Assembly: GCA_022826865.1 (NCBI GenBank) | Contig: JAJDUC010000047.1 | Coordinates: forward strand, 41,324-105,323 | Source: Anaerolineae bacterium | GTDB lineage: Bacteria; Chloroflexota; Anaerolineae; Aggregatilineales; Phototrophicaceae | Direction: 5' to 3' | Length of the DNA stretch: 64,000 bases | Shown: positions 25,496 to 34,107 of the stretch, piece after piece | How positions within the stretch are numbered: position 1 is the first letter of the stretch | Layout: each line of letters opens with the position of its first letter | Notes under the pieces: generated by a model | Told to the model about the DNA's origin: nothing | The model's input: only the letters and a program-made list of their open reading frames with translations | The model's database searches: none | Program-made: the position numbers and the translations under genes

Positions 25496-28426
25496 TCACT
25501 TCCGCAGTTCGTCAAAGAACCAGTCGAGGAGAAAGCTCTTGACGAATTGATCGTCATTCACCCGTTTGTAGAACTTGAAGTGACTCTTATAACGCCTCGT
25601 TATAGCAGCGATCACGGCGTCATTCACAGTGGGGCGCGCCTTATCCGGCGGATTGATGCGAATCGCATTGGATACACCCTGATCGCGAGATACTTCTTGC
25701 TTCACTTCGGTTACGGTCTTGTAGGCCTGTTCCCATTCATCGCCGAAGACTTCATTTAGAAACTGGATGATCTCCGAGAGCGGCTCGACCGGGTCTTCAC
25801 TCGCGCCGTAGTTTTCATTTTCCAGCATCGGCTCAAGCATCTCGAGGCGCGGATCCGGTGTGAGTGAGCCTTCGCTTGTTTGCCGCAGGCGGTAAGAATC
25901 AATATCGATGTTCTCGAGTATCTCGGTCGGCAGTTGCTCGCGATCGGTTGGCAGAAGCCGCCGAAGATGGCGCGCAAACTCGTACAACTTCTCGAGCCCC
26001 ACATCTTCAAAGGGAATGATCTGCGACAGAAAGGCGTAGAGGCGAATGTAATCGGTGAGATCACTGCGGAACCCGGCCTGTTCATCTTCTGTGGCTGCTT
26101 GAACGCGTTCGACGACCGGTTCCAGGAGAGCGCGCAGCCCCTGCTGTTGTATTCGCTGTGAGTAGAGAGCGGCGGCAAATTCTTCGACTTCATCGGGCGA
26201 GTAGAAATGGTAATCGCTGAGCGCGCGCTCGCGATCATAAAGCAGATTATGGTCAGTGCCTTCGCTGAGGATGGTCGCCTCGTAATAGGGCTGGAACGCT
26301 TCCTGGATATGCTGCGCTTGATTGGCGAAGTCGAGTACGATTGTGGACGCTTTGTCGGGGTGAATCCGGTTCAGGCGGGACAGGGTTTGCACCGCATGAA
26401 CGCCTTTTATGGGCTTGTCCACATACATAGCGGCGAGCAGGGGCTGGTCGAAGCCGGTCTGAAACTTCTCGGCGACGACAAGAAAGCGATTCTCATCTCG
26501 GTCGAAGTTTCCTGCCGTTTGCGACTCCGGGAAACCATTCATTTTCGTTTCGCTAAATTCGATTCCCTCGTCGTATACCACCCCGGAAAAAGCGACCAGC
26601 GCCCCGTAATCGTAACCCTGCTGCCCCAGGTATTTCTTTAACTCAAGAGCATAGCGAACAGCGTGCAAGCGCGAGCGCGTTACGATCATCGCTTTGGCTT
26701 TGTTTCCGATCAGTCGCGCGACTTTTTCGCGAAAGTGCTCAACGATGATCTCGATCTTCTTGCTGATGCTTACCGGATTGGCGTCGACATATTTGGTTAA
26801 TAGGCGCTTGGCTTCGGCGCTGGGATATTCCGGGTCCTCATCAATCTTTTTCAGCAGTCGCCAGTAGGACTTGTGCGTGGTGTAGTTTTCCAGAACATCG
26901 AGGATGAAACGCTCTTCTATGGCTTGGCGCATACTGTAGAGGCTGAAGGCCTCAAAGCCACCATCGGGTCGGGGTTCGCCGAAGAGTTCAAGCGTCTTGT
27001 TTTTGGGCGTGGCAGTGAAAGCGAAGGCGCTGATGTTTGTCTGTTGCTTGCGGGCGCGCATTGATTCGACGATTTGGTCTTCCCAGGTGGGCGGGTCGGG
27101 GTCATCTTCTTCGCTTTGTCCGTCCTCCCGAACATCCGCTGAAAGCGTCGCTTTCAGGCTCTTGACGCTTTCGCCGCTTTGCGAGGAATGCGCCTCGTCG
27201 ACGATGACGGCGAATTTGCTGCCCGGCAATTTGCCAGTCTCATCGACCACGTATGGGAACTTCTGCAGAGTGGTCACGATGATCTTCTTGCCATCTTCGA
27301 GCGCCTGCTTGAGCTGCCTCGATGTCCGGTCGATGTTTTCCACTAGTCCGCGCGTCTGCTCGAACTGCCGTATCGAAGCCTGCAATTGCCGATCCAAAAT
27401 GCGGCGGTCGGTGATGACGACCACCGTGTCGAAGACTTTTTCGTCGCGCGCGTTGTGCAAATTGGCGAGTTGATGCGCCAGCCAGGCGATGCTGTAGCTC
27501 TTGCCGCTGCCGGCGCTGTGCTGGATCAGATAGCGCTGCCCCGCCCCCTTTTCGCGGGCGTCGGCAATGAGGCGCCGAACCGCGTCCAGCTGATGATAAC
27601 GCGGGAAAATCATAGTCTTCGCGCGCCGTTTGCCGTCGGGCTCATCAAGCGTGTAGATGAATTGTTCCAGCAGGTTGAGCAGGCTGTCCTTCTCCCAAAT
27701 CTCTTCCCAGAGGTAGTGGGTCGCAAAGTTATTGTGTACCGGGGGATTGCCCGCGCCGCCATACTTGCCCTTGTTGAAAGGGAGGAAAAAGGTCTTGTCG
27801 CCCTGCAGGCTCGTGGTCACATAAACCAAATCCGGATCGACGGCGAAATGCGCCAGGCAGCGCCCGAACTTGAATAGCGGCTCTTTCGGGTCGCGATCTT
27901 TGCGATATTGACTTATGGCATGCTGCGCGTTCTGCCCGGTGAAGTTGTTCTTCAACTCGGCGGTGAAGATAGGCAGGCCGTTGAGAAAGAGCGCCAAATC
28001 AAGCGATAGATTAGCGCCGGGCTTGTAATGCAGTTGCCGCAGGACGGCAAAGATATTGCCTTCGTAAAGGCGCTGATAATCGGGATTCATTGATGTGGCG
28101 GGTGCGAAGTAAGCCAACTTGAAGGAAAGCCCCGCGTCTTTTACGCCATTGCGCAAGACAGCGAGCGTCCCGCGTTTATCAATCTCGTTCGCCAGGCGGC
28201 GCAGGAAGCGCTTTTCTGCATCGTCTCGATAGACCGTCCGCAGCGCGCGCCAGGCGTCCGGCTGCGTGCCGCGGATGAAGTCGATGACATCGGCGCCTAT
28301 CAGGCAGAGATGGCGGTCATAATCTTCGGGCAGGCGCTTGTGATAGCCATGCCGATTGCGCAGGACGTGCTCGATCTGCGCTTCAAAGTCCTTTTCGGAT
28401 ATGTCAACAGGCATGGCTGCCCCCAT
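25496..28426 (-). CDS. hsdR: Type I restriction enzyme R subunit
   Basis: 976 aa. It has an N-terminal nuclease region and SF2 motor motifs (HSAGSGKS, VIVDEAHSSQSG, TATP, QTLSRLNR). An alternative start at 28414 (MPVDIS) is possible. Confidence 0.9.
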   Translation of the reverse strand: MGAAMPVDISEKDFEAQIEHVLRNRHGYHKRLPEDYDRHLCLIGADVIDFIRGTQPDAWRALRTVYRDDAEKRFLRRLANEIDKRGTLAVLRNGVKDAGLSFKLAYFAPATSMNPDYQRLYEGNIFAVLRQLHYKPGANLSLDLALFLNGLPIFTAELKNNFTGQNAQHAISQYRKDRDPKEPLFKFGRCLAHFAVDPDLVYVTTSLQGDKTFFLPFNKGKYGGAGNPPVHNNFATHYLWEEIWEKDSLLNLLEQFIYTLDEPDGKRRAKTMIFPRYHQLDAVRRLIADAREKGAGQRYLIQHSAGSGKSYSIAWLAHQLANLHNARDEKVFDTVVVITDRRILDRQLQASIRQFEQTRGLVENIDRTSRQLKQALEDGKKIIVTTLQKFPYVVDETGKLPGSKFAVIVDEAHSSQSGESVKSLKATLSADVREDGQSEEDDPDPPTWEDQIVESMRARKQQTNISAFAFTATPKNKTLELFGEPRPDGGFEAFSLYSMRQAIEERFILDVLENYTTHKSYWRLLKKIDEDPEYPSAEAKRLLTKYVDANPVSISKKIEIIVEHFREKVARLIGNKAKAMIVTRSRLHAVRYALELKKYLGQQGYDYGALVAFSGVVYDEGIEFSETKMNGFPESQTAGNFDRDENRFLVVAEKFQTGFDQPLLAAMYVDKPIKGVHAVQTLSRLNRIHPDKASTIVLDFANQAQHIQEAFQPYYEATILSEGTDHNLLYDRERALSDYHFYSPDEVEEFAAALYSQRIQQQGLRALLEPVVERVQAATEDEQAGFRSDLTDYIRLYAFLSQIIPFEDVGLEKLYEFARHLRRLLPTDREQLPTEILENIDIDSYRLRQTSEGSLTPDPRLEMLEPMLENENYGASEDPVEPLSEIIQFLNEVFGDEWEQAYKTVTEVKQEVSRDQGVSNAIRINPPDKARPTVNDAVIAAITRRYKSHFKFYKRVNDDQFVKSFLLDWFFDELRK

Positions 28427-28434
28427 TCCCCACC

Positions 28435-29757
28435 CTAAATCCCTCCCCCAAAATGAGGGAGGGACTTGTCGTCGTCCACATGTGGGATCGCTATCTTACC
28501 CGTGACCGCCGCCGAGATGAGGGCGCTGCGTTTTTCGCGCAGCAGGGCGATGAGTTCGTCGTTTTTGGCGATGAGCGCGTCGATCTTGGCGGTCTCGCGG
28601 TCGAGGTAGCTGGCGATGACGCGCTGTTCGTGGAGGGGCGGGAGGGGGAAAACCTGTCGCCGGACAACTCTATCGCTTACCGCTGGATAACTCACTCCCT
28701 GTTGATGCGCTACAACACTTGCGACGAAACCAGCACTTATGCACGAATAGAAGAGATAACGAGATTCCAGCTTTATGCGTTCTGCACGTAAAACACAATA
28801 TCCTGTTGAACAGATAGAGTCATGAAGCTCGATGGGAATTAACGCGATATTTCGCAAATAGGGCCTCACGGTCGCAAAAATTGTGTCTCCTTCAAAGACG
28901 ACGTTTCTTGCTCGTGTAGGCGCATCATAGCCCATCAATTCCTCAAATGCAGTTATTTGATGTTGTTCGCTAGAAATGCTCGACACATCAATATATCGAA
29001 AGTGCGTGTCTGGCTCTTGGCTAGGATCCCGTTTGTCCGCAGCCGACGTTACTGTGTATAAAGGCTTCACCTCCCAACCCTTCGGAATCTCGCCCAGCCA
29101 CTCGACGCCCGACTCCTTCATTTCCGCGCCAGCATCCAGCCCCTTGGTCACCGCCCGGCTGATGAGCGCGACCCGCTTCTCGCGCAGCAGGACGTTGAGC
29201 GCTTCCGTCTCCCCGATAAGGCTGTCGATCCTGGCGGTCTCGCGGTCGAGGTAGGCGGCGATGGCGCGTTGTTCGTGGAGGGGTGGTAACGGAATCGAAA
29301 TGTTTCCGACAGTTTCGGTATTGAGATTCAACTGTGTCCCTAGTTTTCCAAGCCCTTTGTATAATTCCCCGCCAGAGAATATGTAGTAGAGGAATTCCCG
29401 GTCTTCGGACAATCTTTCAAAGTATACAAATCCGTCATGTATGCAGCATTTGATTTGAGTGATTATGGGCTTCCCGACGGAACCCGCAATGCTCAAGAAT
29501 AGTTCTCCGGGTTCAAGCGGCACGCTCCTTGCTTTACCTGTGTCTGATAACCGCTGTGTCGTCTTGGTCAAGTATCTATCACTAGCAGTGACATCGGCTA
29601 TCCGTACCCAGGCATATTCGCCTTCATCATCAAAGTAGATCGGATCGTCGATCGGTCTAGGTGATGCGCCGCGCCTAACGGAACTTAGTAACTTGACACG
29701 CTTCACATCCCAATGCGCCGGAATCTCGCCCAGCCATTCGACGCCCGAGTCTTTCAT
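28435..29757 (-). CDS. hsdS: Type I R-M specificity subunit
   Basis: The start is taken at MKDSGVEWLGEIP (29757), which avoids overlap with the MNT gene. There are two AT-richer target-recognition halves, each beginning with SGVEWLGEIP. Each is followed by a conserved helix (LPPLHEQR.IA.YLDRETA.ID.LI...LREKR.ALIS.AVTG). A 23-nt identical DNA run occurs at 28587-28609 and 29232-29254. Confidence 0.9.
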   Translation of the reverse strand: MKDSGVEWLGEIPAHWDVKRVKLLSSVRRGASPRPIDDPIYFDDEGEYAWVRIADVTASDRYLTKTTQRLSDTGKARSVPLEPGELFLSIAGSVGKPIITQIKCCIHDGFVYFERLSEDREFLYYIFSGGELYKGLGKLGTQLNLNTETVGNISIPLPPLHEQRAIAAYLDRETARIDSLIGETEALNVLLREKRVALISRAVTKGLDAGAEMKESGVEWLGEIPKGWEVKPLYTVTSAADKRDPSQEPDTHFRYIDVSSISSEQHQITAFEELMGYDAPTRARNVVFEGDTIFATVRPYLRNIALIPIELHDSICSTGYCVLRAERIKLESRYLFYSCISAGFVASVVAHQQGVSYPAVSDRVVRRQVFPLPPLHEQRVIASYLDRETAKIDALIAKNDELIALLREKRSALISAAVTGKIAIPHVDDDKSLPHFGGGI

Positions 29758-29774
29758 TTTGCGCTGGTCTCTCG

Positions 29775-30080
29775 TCACAGGCTGATGGCTTCCTTGATGA
29801 TGCCATCGCGCCATTCTTCGCGCAGACATTGGCGGTCGACCACTTGGGCACGCCGTCCTAACAAAGCGCCCAAAGCCTGGGTCAAGCGGATTTGGTCGCG
29901 CAGTTTATAATCCGCTTCAAAGTCAACCAGGAAATCAATATCGCTCTCGGCATGGGCTTCCCCGCGCGCCAATGAGCCAAACACAGCGATCTTGCGCGCG
30001 CGAAATTGCTGAGCCAAGTCCATTATCCGCTCGCGCTGCCGGCGCAGATCATCCAAGCTAATCGTTGTTTCCTCTGTCAT
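29775..30080 (-). CDS. Minimal nucleotidyltransferase (MNT/MntA-type antitoxin-like), no adjacent HEPN partner
   Basis: 101 aa. It has the NTase motif FGSLARGEAHAESDIDFLVDF. It sits between hsdM and hsdS. Confidence 0.8.
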   Translation of the reverse strand: MTEETTISLDDLRRQRERIMDLAQQFRARKIAVFGSLARGEAHAESDIDFLVDFEADYKLRDQIRLTQALGALLGRRAQVVDRQCLREEWRDGIIKEAISL

Positions 30081-30116
30081 GCGCCTCTCCTCCCGCCGGA
30101 GTCATTGCGACTGCGC

Positions 30117-32147
30117 TCATTGTATCACCTCCTGCAGCATGGCGATGATCGCCCCTTCCGCCCGTCGGATATCGGCGTTTATCTCGTCCAGCGGGCGCGG
30201 CGGCTGGTATTGGTAGAAGTAGCGATTGAAGTTGATTTCGTAGCCCACCTTGCCGATGCCTTCGTCTTTGTCGTCCGTGACGGTCTCATTGATCCAGGCA
30301 TCGGGCACATGCGACGCCACTTCCCGCGCGAAGTAGTCGTGTACATCCTCGTTGAGCGGCACATATTCGAAATCGCGCAGGCTGCTATCGGCTTCCGGTT
30401 TGCCCTTCCTATCGCGGCAGACGGCGGCGACGTCGTCGCGCTGGCTCAAGGCGCTGAGGATGGCTTTGCGGACGGGCGCGGAAAATTTGCGGCTATGCGC
30501 CTTGCAGGCTGCGTTCAGCATTTGCAAGAAGTCGTCGCGGTCTTTGAAGAGCGTCGCCGGCATCTCCGCCAGGATCTCCTTGATACGAGCTTGCTCGGCT
30601 CGTCCCGCCGCTTCTTCTTCCGCTTTAATTTGCGGGTCGCGTTTTTTGCTCTTGGCCAGGTTCTGGAAAGCGCGTTCGTCGTCGAGGCGGGTAATGCGCT
30701 CCGGGCTCGCCTGGAAGTTCAGTTGCAGCGGCCGCTCGATAGTGACCTTGCGATAGCCGAAGTCGCTCGCGGCAAACACCTTTGAGTATTCGCTTTCGGG
30801 GCGGTCGCGATAGAGCTGCGCGATCTGCGCGATCTGCTCGTCGGATATTTCGCGCCGTTTGTCGCCGAGGTTCTTGCGCAGGAGCGTCCAAAAGGACGAA
30901 GCGTCGATTAACTGAACCCGTCCGCGCTTGTCGGCTGTCTTCTTGTTGCTCAAGATCCAGATATAGGTGCTGATGCCGGTGTTGTAAAAGAGCTGTTCCG
31001 GCAGGGCGATGATGGCGTCCAGCCAGTCGTTCTCCAGGATCCAGCGCCGGATTTCGCTTTCACCGCTGCCGGCGTCGCCGGTGAAGAGGGGCGAGCCGTT
31101 CATGACGATGGCGATGCGGCTGCCCAGGTCATCGCGGCGCTTTTTGGAGATCATGTGTTGCAAGAAGAGCATTTGGCCATCGCTGATGCGCGGCGTGCCC
31201 GCCCCGAAACGCCCGTTGTATCCTTGTTCCGCTTCCGCCTGCACCGCGTTTTTGTCGATTTTCCATTCTTTGCCATAAGGCGGATTGGCCAGGATGTAAT
31301 CGAATTGCGCCCTGCCGTGCCGGTCATCCGAGAGCGTGCTGCCGAAGGCGATCTGCTCGGCGTCTTTGCCATCTTCGCTGATCATGTAGAGGTCGCTTTT
31401 GGCGACGGCGAATGTCTCCGGATTGACCTCTTGGCCAAAGAGCTGGACTCTGGCCTGCGGGTTTAGCGCCTGTATGCGCTCTTTGGCGACGGTCAGCATG
31501 CCGCCGGTGCCGCAGCAGGGGTCGTAGATTTGTACAATCTTGTCCGGTTGCTGGAGCTCGCCCGCGTCCTGCGCCATCAGCAGCTCGACCATGAGGCGGA
31601 TGACTTCGCGCGGGGTGAAGTGCTCGCCGGGGTTTTCATTGCTGGCTTCGTTGAATTTTCGGATCAACTCTTCGAAGATCAGCCCCATCACATCATTTCC
31701 GACGGAGTCGGGATGCAAGTCGACATTTTTGAAGCGTTCCATCACCTGATAAAGCAGGTCCGCTTCATCGAGTTTCTTGATCGTGTTGTCAAAGTCAAAG
31801 CGCTCGATGACCTCGCGCATATTGTCGCTGAAGCCGGCGATATAGTTCCGTAAGTTCTGCGCCAGGTTTTGATGATCGCCGAGCAGCGTATCGAAGTCGT
31901 AACGCGATCTGTTATAGAAGGCGAAGCCGGATTTAAGGCAAAGGAGATCGTGGGGATCGTCCACGCTATCGCCGATTTCCGCGAGCGTTTCCAAGACGAC
32001 TTGTCTGGTCGGCGCCAAAACGCTGTCAATGCGGCGCAAGACGGTAAAGGGCAAAATCACATCCTGGTACTTGCCGCGCTTGAAGTGATCGCGGATGAGA
32101 TTGGCGATGGACCAAATGTCACTCACTAATACGCTGAAATTATTCAT
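30117..32147 (-). CDS. hsdM: Type I R-M N6-adenine DNA methyltransferase subunit
   Basis: 676 aa. It has an HsdM N-terminal domain, the AdoMet motif IYDPCCGTGGML and the catalytic LANPPYGKEW. Confidence 0.9.
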   Translation of the reverse strand: MNNFSVLVSDIWSIANLIRDHFKRGKYQDVILPFTVLRRIDSVLAPTRQVVLETLAEIGDSVDDPHDLLCLKSGFAFYNRSRYDFDTLLGDHQNLAQNLRNYIAGFSDNMREVIERFDFDNTIKKLDEADLLYQVMERFKNVDLHPDSVGNDVMGLIFEELIRKFNEASNENPGEHFTPREVIRLMVELLMAQDAGELQQPDKIVQIYDPCCGTGGMLTVAKERIQALNPQARVQLFGQEVNPETFAVAKSDLYMISEDGKDAEQIAFGSTLSDDRHGRAQFDYILANPPYGKEWKIDKNAVQAEAEQGYNGRFGAGTPRISDGQMLFLQHMISKKRRDDLGSRIAIVMNGSPLFTGDAGSGESEIRRWILENDWLDAIIALPEQLFYNTGISTYIWILSNKKTADKRGRVQLIDASSFWTLLRKNLGDKRREISDEQIAQIAQLYRDRPESEYSKVFAASDFGYRKVTIERPLQLNFQASPERITRLDDERAFQNLAKSKKRDPQIKAEEEAAGRAEQARIKEILAEMPATLFKDRDDFLQMLNAACKAHSRKFSAPVRKAILSALSQRDDVAAVCRDRKGKPEADSSLRDFEYVPLNEDVHDYFAREVASHVPDAWINETVTDDKDEGIGKVGYEINFNRYFYQYQPPRPLDEINADIRRAEGAIIAMLQEVIQ

Positions 32148-32312
32148 AATCTTTGCAGTCCAAAGGCTTCACTATACCCACGATTTTAGTTCTGAATTGC
32201 ATACATGTTTAGGCGGAGCTTCGGCGCCCCGTGCCCATTTGGAATGAGCAAATGAACCTTTTGCACAGCGCCCGGCTCTTTAAGTTGAACGCCAAATGAA
32301 TTAGGAGGGCTT

Positions 32313-34001
32313 ATGCAAGATTTGAAAGCGGTCGTCTTGCGCGCCAGGGCGGGCGACTGCAACGCGTATGAAGACCTGGTGCGGAGATTTCAAGATATGG
32401 CGGTGGGATATGCCTATGCCCTGCTGGGCGATTGGCAGGAGGCCGAAGACGCGGCCCAGGACGCCTTCATCAGCGCCTGGTACGGCCTGATCAAACTGCG
32501 GGACGTGGCCGCTTTCCCGGGCTGGTTCCGCCGCATCGTGCATACGCAGGCGCATCGCCGCTTGCGCTCGCGCGGGCCGCTGGCGGTTTCGCTGGAGCTG
32601 GTCGGGGAATACGCAGTCGCGGGACCGACGCAGGCCCTGGAGGACGGGAAGCTGCGCGCCGAGCTGGCCAGCGGCATCGCCGCCCTGCCCGAAGCGCAGC
32701 GCAGCGTCCTGCTGCTGCATTACATAGGCGATTACGGACAGAAAGAAATCGCCAGTTTTCTGCAGATCCCGCTGGGCACGGTCAAGTCGCGCTTGTACCA
32801 CGCAAGGAAGCAATTGAAAGAAAGGTTGATTGCATTGGACGGCATTTCAGCGCAGCGTCCCTCGCGGGACGATAACTTCACGCAGAAAGTCATGCGCCTG
32901 TTTGACGCGGCGAAGCAGGGCGATTTTGACGCCGCGCGCGCCTTGCTGAGCGAGGATAGCCGCCTGGCGACGGCGAATGGCTACGTCAGGACGGCTTTAT
33001 GGGGCTCGGACGCCTCGGCATTGCACGTAGCGGTCATGCACGGGCGGAAAGACATCATCGATCTGCTGCTGGCGCACGGCGCCGATATCAACGAACGCGA
33101 TGAGAAGTACCGCTTCAACGCCTTGATTCACGCCATCGACCTGGCCGATTTCATGCCGGAGTACGCGGCGCTGGGCATGGTCGATTTTCTGCTGGAGCGG
33201 GGCGCCGAGATGGATGTCTGGGCCTGCGCCTGGCTTGGCGATGGCGCCGGCGTCAAAGAGCGGCTGGATGCAAACCCGGCGCTGGTCAACGCGATCGGCC
33301 CCGGGCCCAGCACGCTGCTCTCATTCTGCCGCGATGTCGAGGCGGTTCAATTTTACCTGGATCATGGCGCCGACCCGCTGACGGAGTATGAACGCGCGGG
33401 CAAGTACGGACTGACGACGCCGCTGCGGGACATCGCTTACCGCCGCAACTATGCGGCGACGCGGCATTTGCTGGCGCATCTGGATTGGGAGGTCGATATA
33501 TTCTGGGCGAGCGTCATGGGCGATGCCGGCCGTGTGAGCGATCTGCTCGCGGCGGATGCCGGGGCGGCAAAGGCGGCCACGCCGGCTGAACATGCGCTGG
33601 GCGCCGGCTTGAGCGCGCTGCATTTGGCGGCGCAGGGCGGCCACCTGGATGTGATGCAGCTGCTCCTGGAGAGCGGGGCCGATATCAACGCGCGCGACGC
33701 CGGCGGCAAGACCGCCCTGCATTTCGCGATTTGCTTCGGGCCAAAAGCCTTCCACGATCCGCTGCCGGACCTGGAAGCGGCGGCGCAGGATATCGGGGTC
33801 TATCACATGCTGACTGAGGCGCCGCAGTTCCTGGTTGAGCGGGGCGCGGACCTGAACGCGCGGGAAGGCGACGGCGGCCGGACGCCGCTGGAGCTGGCGC
33901 GGTCGGCATTTGAAGACGAGACCGACCGCGGCGATGTGATCGCGCTGCTGGAAGCGGCTGCGGCGCAGCGATGCCATAACGACGGGTCAGCCGCCGGCTG
34001 A
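32313..34001 (+). CDS. ECF (group 4) sigma-70 factor fused to a C-terminal ankyrin-repeat domain
   Basis: 562 aa. Region 2 (..AEDAAQDAFISAWYGL..FPGWFRRIVHT..) and region 4 (LPEAQRSVLLLHYIGDYGQKEIASFLQIPLGTVKSRLYHARKQL) occupy about the first 175 aa. At least five ankyrin-like repeats follow (e.g. ALHVAVMHGRKDIIDLLLAHGADINERD, SALHLAAQGGHLDVMQLLLESGADINARDAGGKTALHFA). Confidence 0.85.
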   Translation: MQDLKAVVLRARAGDCNAYEDLVRRFQDMAVGYAYALLGDWQEAEDAAQDAFISAWYGLIKLRDVAAFPGWFRRIVHTQAHRRLRSRGPLAVSLELVGEYAVAGPTQALEDGKLRAELASGIAALPEAQRSVLLLHYIGDYGQKEIASFLQIPLGTVKSRLYHARKQLKERLIALDGISAQRPSRDDNFTQKVMRLFDAAKQGDFDAARALLSEDSRLATANGYVRTALWGSDASALHVAVMHGRKDIIDLLLAHGADINERDEKYRFNALIHAIDLADFMPEYAALGMVDFLLERGAEMDVWACAWLGDGAGVKERLDANPALVNAIGPGPSTLLSFCRDVEAVQFYLDHGADPLTEYERAGKYGLTTPLRDIAYRRNYAATRHLLAHLDWEVDIFWASVMGDAGRVSDLLAADAGAAKAATPAEHALGAGLSALHLAAQGGHLDVMQLLLESGADINARDAGGKTALHFAICFGPKAFHDPLPDLEAAAQDIGVYHMLTEAPQFLVERGADLNAREGDGGRTPLELARSAFEDETDRGDVIALLEAAAAQRCHNDGSAAG

Positions 34002-34003
34002 GC

Positions 34004-34022
34004 CCTGCGCGCAGGTTCTTTT
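34004..34022 (+). terminator. Weak candidate terminator after the sigma gene
   Basis: CCTGCGCGCAGG palindrome followed by TTCTTTT. The stem is short with a minimal loop. Confidence 0.3.
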
Positions 34023-34107
34023 GAAAAGAATGGGCGGCCGCTCAGGCGGGTCCCGGGACAATGATCGCTGGACGCTCCAGGAAAGTGTGGCTCTGTTTGT
34101 ACTGGCC

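Noticed and set aside
28440-28467. Hairpin TCCCTCCC-N9-GGGAGGGA between hsdS and hsdR as a terminator or regulatory element
   Set aside because: It lies within the last codons of hsdS, and its G-rich arm doubles as the likely ribosome-binding region for hsdR. There is no U-tract. It is more simply explained by translational coupling.
28530-29295. Internal repeats in hsdS (including an identical 23-mer at 28587-28609 and 29232-29254) as a possible phase-variation or shufflon system
   Set aside because: These are the normal duplicated conserved helices of a two-TRD HsdS. The repeats are direct, not inverted. There are no extra silent hsdS cassettes and no recombinase gene nearby.
32148-32312. 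Possible ECF-type autoregulated promoter (TGAACC ... ) upstream of the sigma-ankyrin gene
   Set aside because: A GAAC-like -35 element is present at about 32255, but no convincing CGT-type -10 lies at the right spacing. It is not supportable without transcription start data.
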